DNA of 48,084 nucleotides from a virus. Taxonomy: Duplodnaviria; Caudoviricetes. Position 1 is the first letter of the stretch. Each line of letters starts with the position of its first letter. Under the pieces are notes generated by a model. It saw only the letters and a program-made list of their open reading frames with translations. It was not told where the DNA came from and made no database searches. The stretch is taken from IMG/VR virus record IMGVR_UViG_3300032237_000447, positions 1 through 48,084 of that record, one strand, 5' to 3'. Below, piece by piece: positions 46,399 through 48,084 of the stretch. Position numbers and translations under genes: made by a program.

Positions 46399-47390
46399 AC
46401 ACGATTACAACTGTTTACGCAACCATACAATCGTCCTTCGTTAACACTGGCCTTGGTCCAGGTCTCTTCTATACTATCAAACCAACTCATACAATGCTCT
46501 AGATTGTATTGTAAAGCATTGTTTTCTTTTACTAAAGGAATTAACTGTTCGTTACCAGGGTGAGTCATTTGACCAGGGTAGAATCCCAAGAAACAACAAG
46601 GCCATACACTACCGTCTGCGGCTATGTATAATTCTTCTAATCGTTTATGCTGGCATATCATATTAAGTATGGGAGTATCCTTAATTGGTTTAACTGTGCG
46701 ATGATCAAACCAAGTGATATGATCTTCGACCATACGCTTACTATCTATTGGCCAATCTTGTTTAGGTCCTACCCAATGACTAAGCTCCCCATCACGAGTA
46801 AACACAGGTCCTTGATCTCTACCTTCGTGTATGTTTTCAAATTGCTTAAAACCCCAGGCTTCGGCTAACAATCTAGCAGCCGGTTCTTGATCGCGATTGT
46901 GATCAAACGGAATCCATCTCCATATAGCATATCCTCCTGCCGCAATAAAAGAACGAGCATTTTCTACCACACGATCCCAATTGGTATCTTGTCGATACAG
47001 TGCGTGTGTTGCTGGGTCAATTCCATCCAATGCCCAACCGATACTAACCCCAGGCAAGGCAAACTTTGCCCACCATTCAGGACTACGCATACTTCCATTA
47101 GTGTTGATATGTACCTGCACTTCTTGGCTAACCAGCCATTCTACTATTTCAAGTCCATCACGTGCTGTGCCAAAGTCGCCTAAATTACCATTAAAACTAA
47201 CACCCTTTGATAACTGTTTTAAAAAATCAGGTCGTAATATATGTTGAACATTCTGTAAACTTAGCTCTGTATCTGGGTATCCAGAGTTAAAGTCCATACC
47301 GCGGTAGTTCCGCATACACATGGGACAACGAGCATTACAACGGGTAGTGAGTTCTATTTGTACCTGACGAATGTCAGCTAGTTTTAACAT
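46395..47390 (-). CDS. Radical SAM protein with a SPASM/twitch-like C-terminus
   Basis: CNARCPMC, GNLGD, NTNG, DG; C...YIAADGSVWPCC...CVNSC. Confidence 0.85.
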   Translation of the reverse strand: MLKLADIRQVQIELTTRCNARCPMCMRNYRGMDFNSGYPDTELSLQNVQHILRPDFLKQLSKGVSFNGNLGDFGTARDGLEIVEWLVSQEVQVHINTNGSMRSPEWWAKFALPGVSIGWALDGIDPATHALYRQDTNWDRVVENARSFIAAGGYAIWRWIPFDHNRDQEPAARLLAEAWGFKQFENIHEGRDQGPVFTRDGELSHWVGPKQDWPIDSKRMVEDHITWFDHRTVKPIKDTPILNMICQHKRLEELYIAADGSVWPCCFLGFYPGQMTHPGNEQLIPLVKENNALQYNLEHCMSWFDSIEETWTKASVNEGRLYGCVNSCNRV

Positions 47391-47414
47391 GAAAATATTT
47401 ATGGACCATAGAGG

Positions 47415-47443
47415 TTGACAAAGTATAAATACTCGTCTATAAT
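47415..47443 (+). promoter_or_regulatory. Consensus sigma70 promoter with an embedded T4 late TATAAATA
   Basis: TTGACA-17 nt-TATAAT; tataaata at 47424-47431. Confidence 0.8.
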
Positions 47444-47452
47444 AATACTATT

Positions 47453-47554
47453 ATGAAACATTTAACCTATACACTCTTAGCAACACTACCAAGTAATATT
47501 TGGGTGTGGGCCAATGATTGTGGCTTAGAACAAGGAGTTAAGGTTTTTGAATAG
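47453..47554 (+). CDS. Putative attenuator leader peptide (33 aa, MKHLTYTLLATLPSNIWVWANDCGLEQGVKVFE)
   Basis: ATG about 10 nt after the -10 box; its stop codon lies in the antiterminator 5' strand. Confidence 0.6.
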   Translation: MKHLTYTLLATLPSNIWVWANDCGLEQGVKVFE

Positions 47555-47577
47555 TAGTAAGGATTTGTTTATTATTC

Positions 47578-47608
47578 AAAAGCCTCTAAGTAGTTAGGGG
47601 CTTTTTTT
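47578..47608 (+). terminator. Conditional intrinsic terminator (attenuator)
   Basis: aaaagcctctaa-gtag-ttaggggcttttttt; the 5' arm is shared with the alternative 15-bp stem 47541-47555/47571-47585. Confidence 0.8.
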
Positions 47609-47624
47609 ATGAAAAGGAAAAAGT

Positions 47625-47798
47625 ATGACAATTGATTACTCTAAATTGAATGATCGTATTGTGGAACAAGCTAAACAAGCGGCCAAGGCTCACTTTGCGT
47701 TAAGCGAAGATCAGAAGGCTGAATTGTTCCAGAATAAGATCGAGCGGGCCAAGGCCATGCTCAAATCAAGAGATGTTTACGTCCAGATAGAGGACTAA
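47625..47798 (+). CDS. 57-aa hypothetical helical protein
   Basis: SD aagga; MTIDYSKLNDRIVEQAKQAAKAHFALSEDQKAELFQNKIERAKAMLKSRDVYVQIED. Confidence 0.55.
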   Translation: MTIDYSKLNDRIVEQAKQAAKAHFALSEDQKAELFQNKIERAKAMLKSRDVYVQIED

Positions 47799-47908
47799 AC
47801 AGAGCACCAAGTGGTTGCAGGCAACGAGGGCCTGTGTTACACTATAACTTAACACAAACGGGCGGGCTACGGGATGGAATCTCTTTTGTGAGACTAAAAA
47901 TCGTAGCG

Positions 47909-48014
47909 TAATAAAGCATACTGCCACTTAATACATATATGCGGAGTATTGCCGGCACACCTTCCGCGGGTCAGTTACAGGTTCGAAACTGTAACGCAGT
48001 ATGCTTTATTACCA
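47909..48014 (+). ncRNA. tRNA-like structured element with a long closing stem, a T-loop hairpin and 3' CCA
   Basis: 16-bp inverted repeat 47909-47924/47996-48011 followed by cca; inner stems gcgga/tccgc and gttacag-gttcgaaa-ctgtaac. Confidence 0.5.
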
Positions 48015-48035
48015 GCTTTCTAAAGAGAGCTGTAT

Positions 48036-48084
48036 GGAGAAGAAGCATCAATGGTGATGCAGTGGACTGTAAATCCGCCGCCTA
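48036..48084 (+). tRNA. tRNA-Tyr(GUA), truncated by the window end
   Basis: D arm gcatc-aatggt-gatgc; anticodon arm gtgga-ctgtaaa-tccgc. Confidence 0.8.

Noticed and set aside
469-47247. Many short ORF-track entries antisense to, or out of frame within, long genes (for example 1679..1987, 3593..4081, 9694..10182, 12200..12694, 45264..45530)
   Set aside because: They are shadows of well-supported genes, with no SD, recognisable motifs or coupling
1-48084. CRISPR arrays, IS elements, integrases, rRNA
   Set aside because: No regularly spaced repeats, transposase or integrase motifs, or rRNA-like sequence were seen

Overview
This is a 48 kb segment of a large, AT-rich, T4-like (jumbo-type) tailed phage genome. 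The cold-shock protein and TorF-type porins suggest a betaproteobacterial host, but that is inference. The window opens with virion-type proteins built from modules joined by [VILM]-x-E linkers that resemble prohead-protease sites, then a structured intergenic RNA. Next come a family-B DNA polymerase and a probable sliding clamp. A dispersed 7-deazaguanine DNA-modification pathway follows: TGT/DpdA-like, a DpdL-like T-fold protein, FolE, QueD and QueE, with no QueC in the window. It is interleaved with more than 20 nucleotide-sugar and glycan-tailoring genes, an MBD4-like glycosylase, a purine PRTase and a MazG. After RNase H come tRNA-Ile2(CAU), cspA, a circularly permuted two-piece tmRNA with a 29-aa tag, two tandem porins and a minus-strand radical SAM operon. 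At the right end, a sigma70 promoter, a leader peptide and an antiterminator/terminator pair form an apparent translation-sensing attenuator. It sits ahead of structured and tRNA-like RNAs and a truncated tRNA-Tyr. The best candidates for undescribed biology are the attenuator ahead of the tRNA region, the QueC-less deazaguanine pathway (with riboswitch-like folE/queD leaders and a linked glycosyltransferase) and the modular polyproteins. All calls come from reading motifs by eye; no searches were run.
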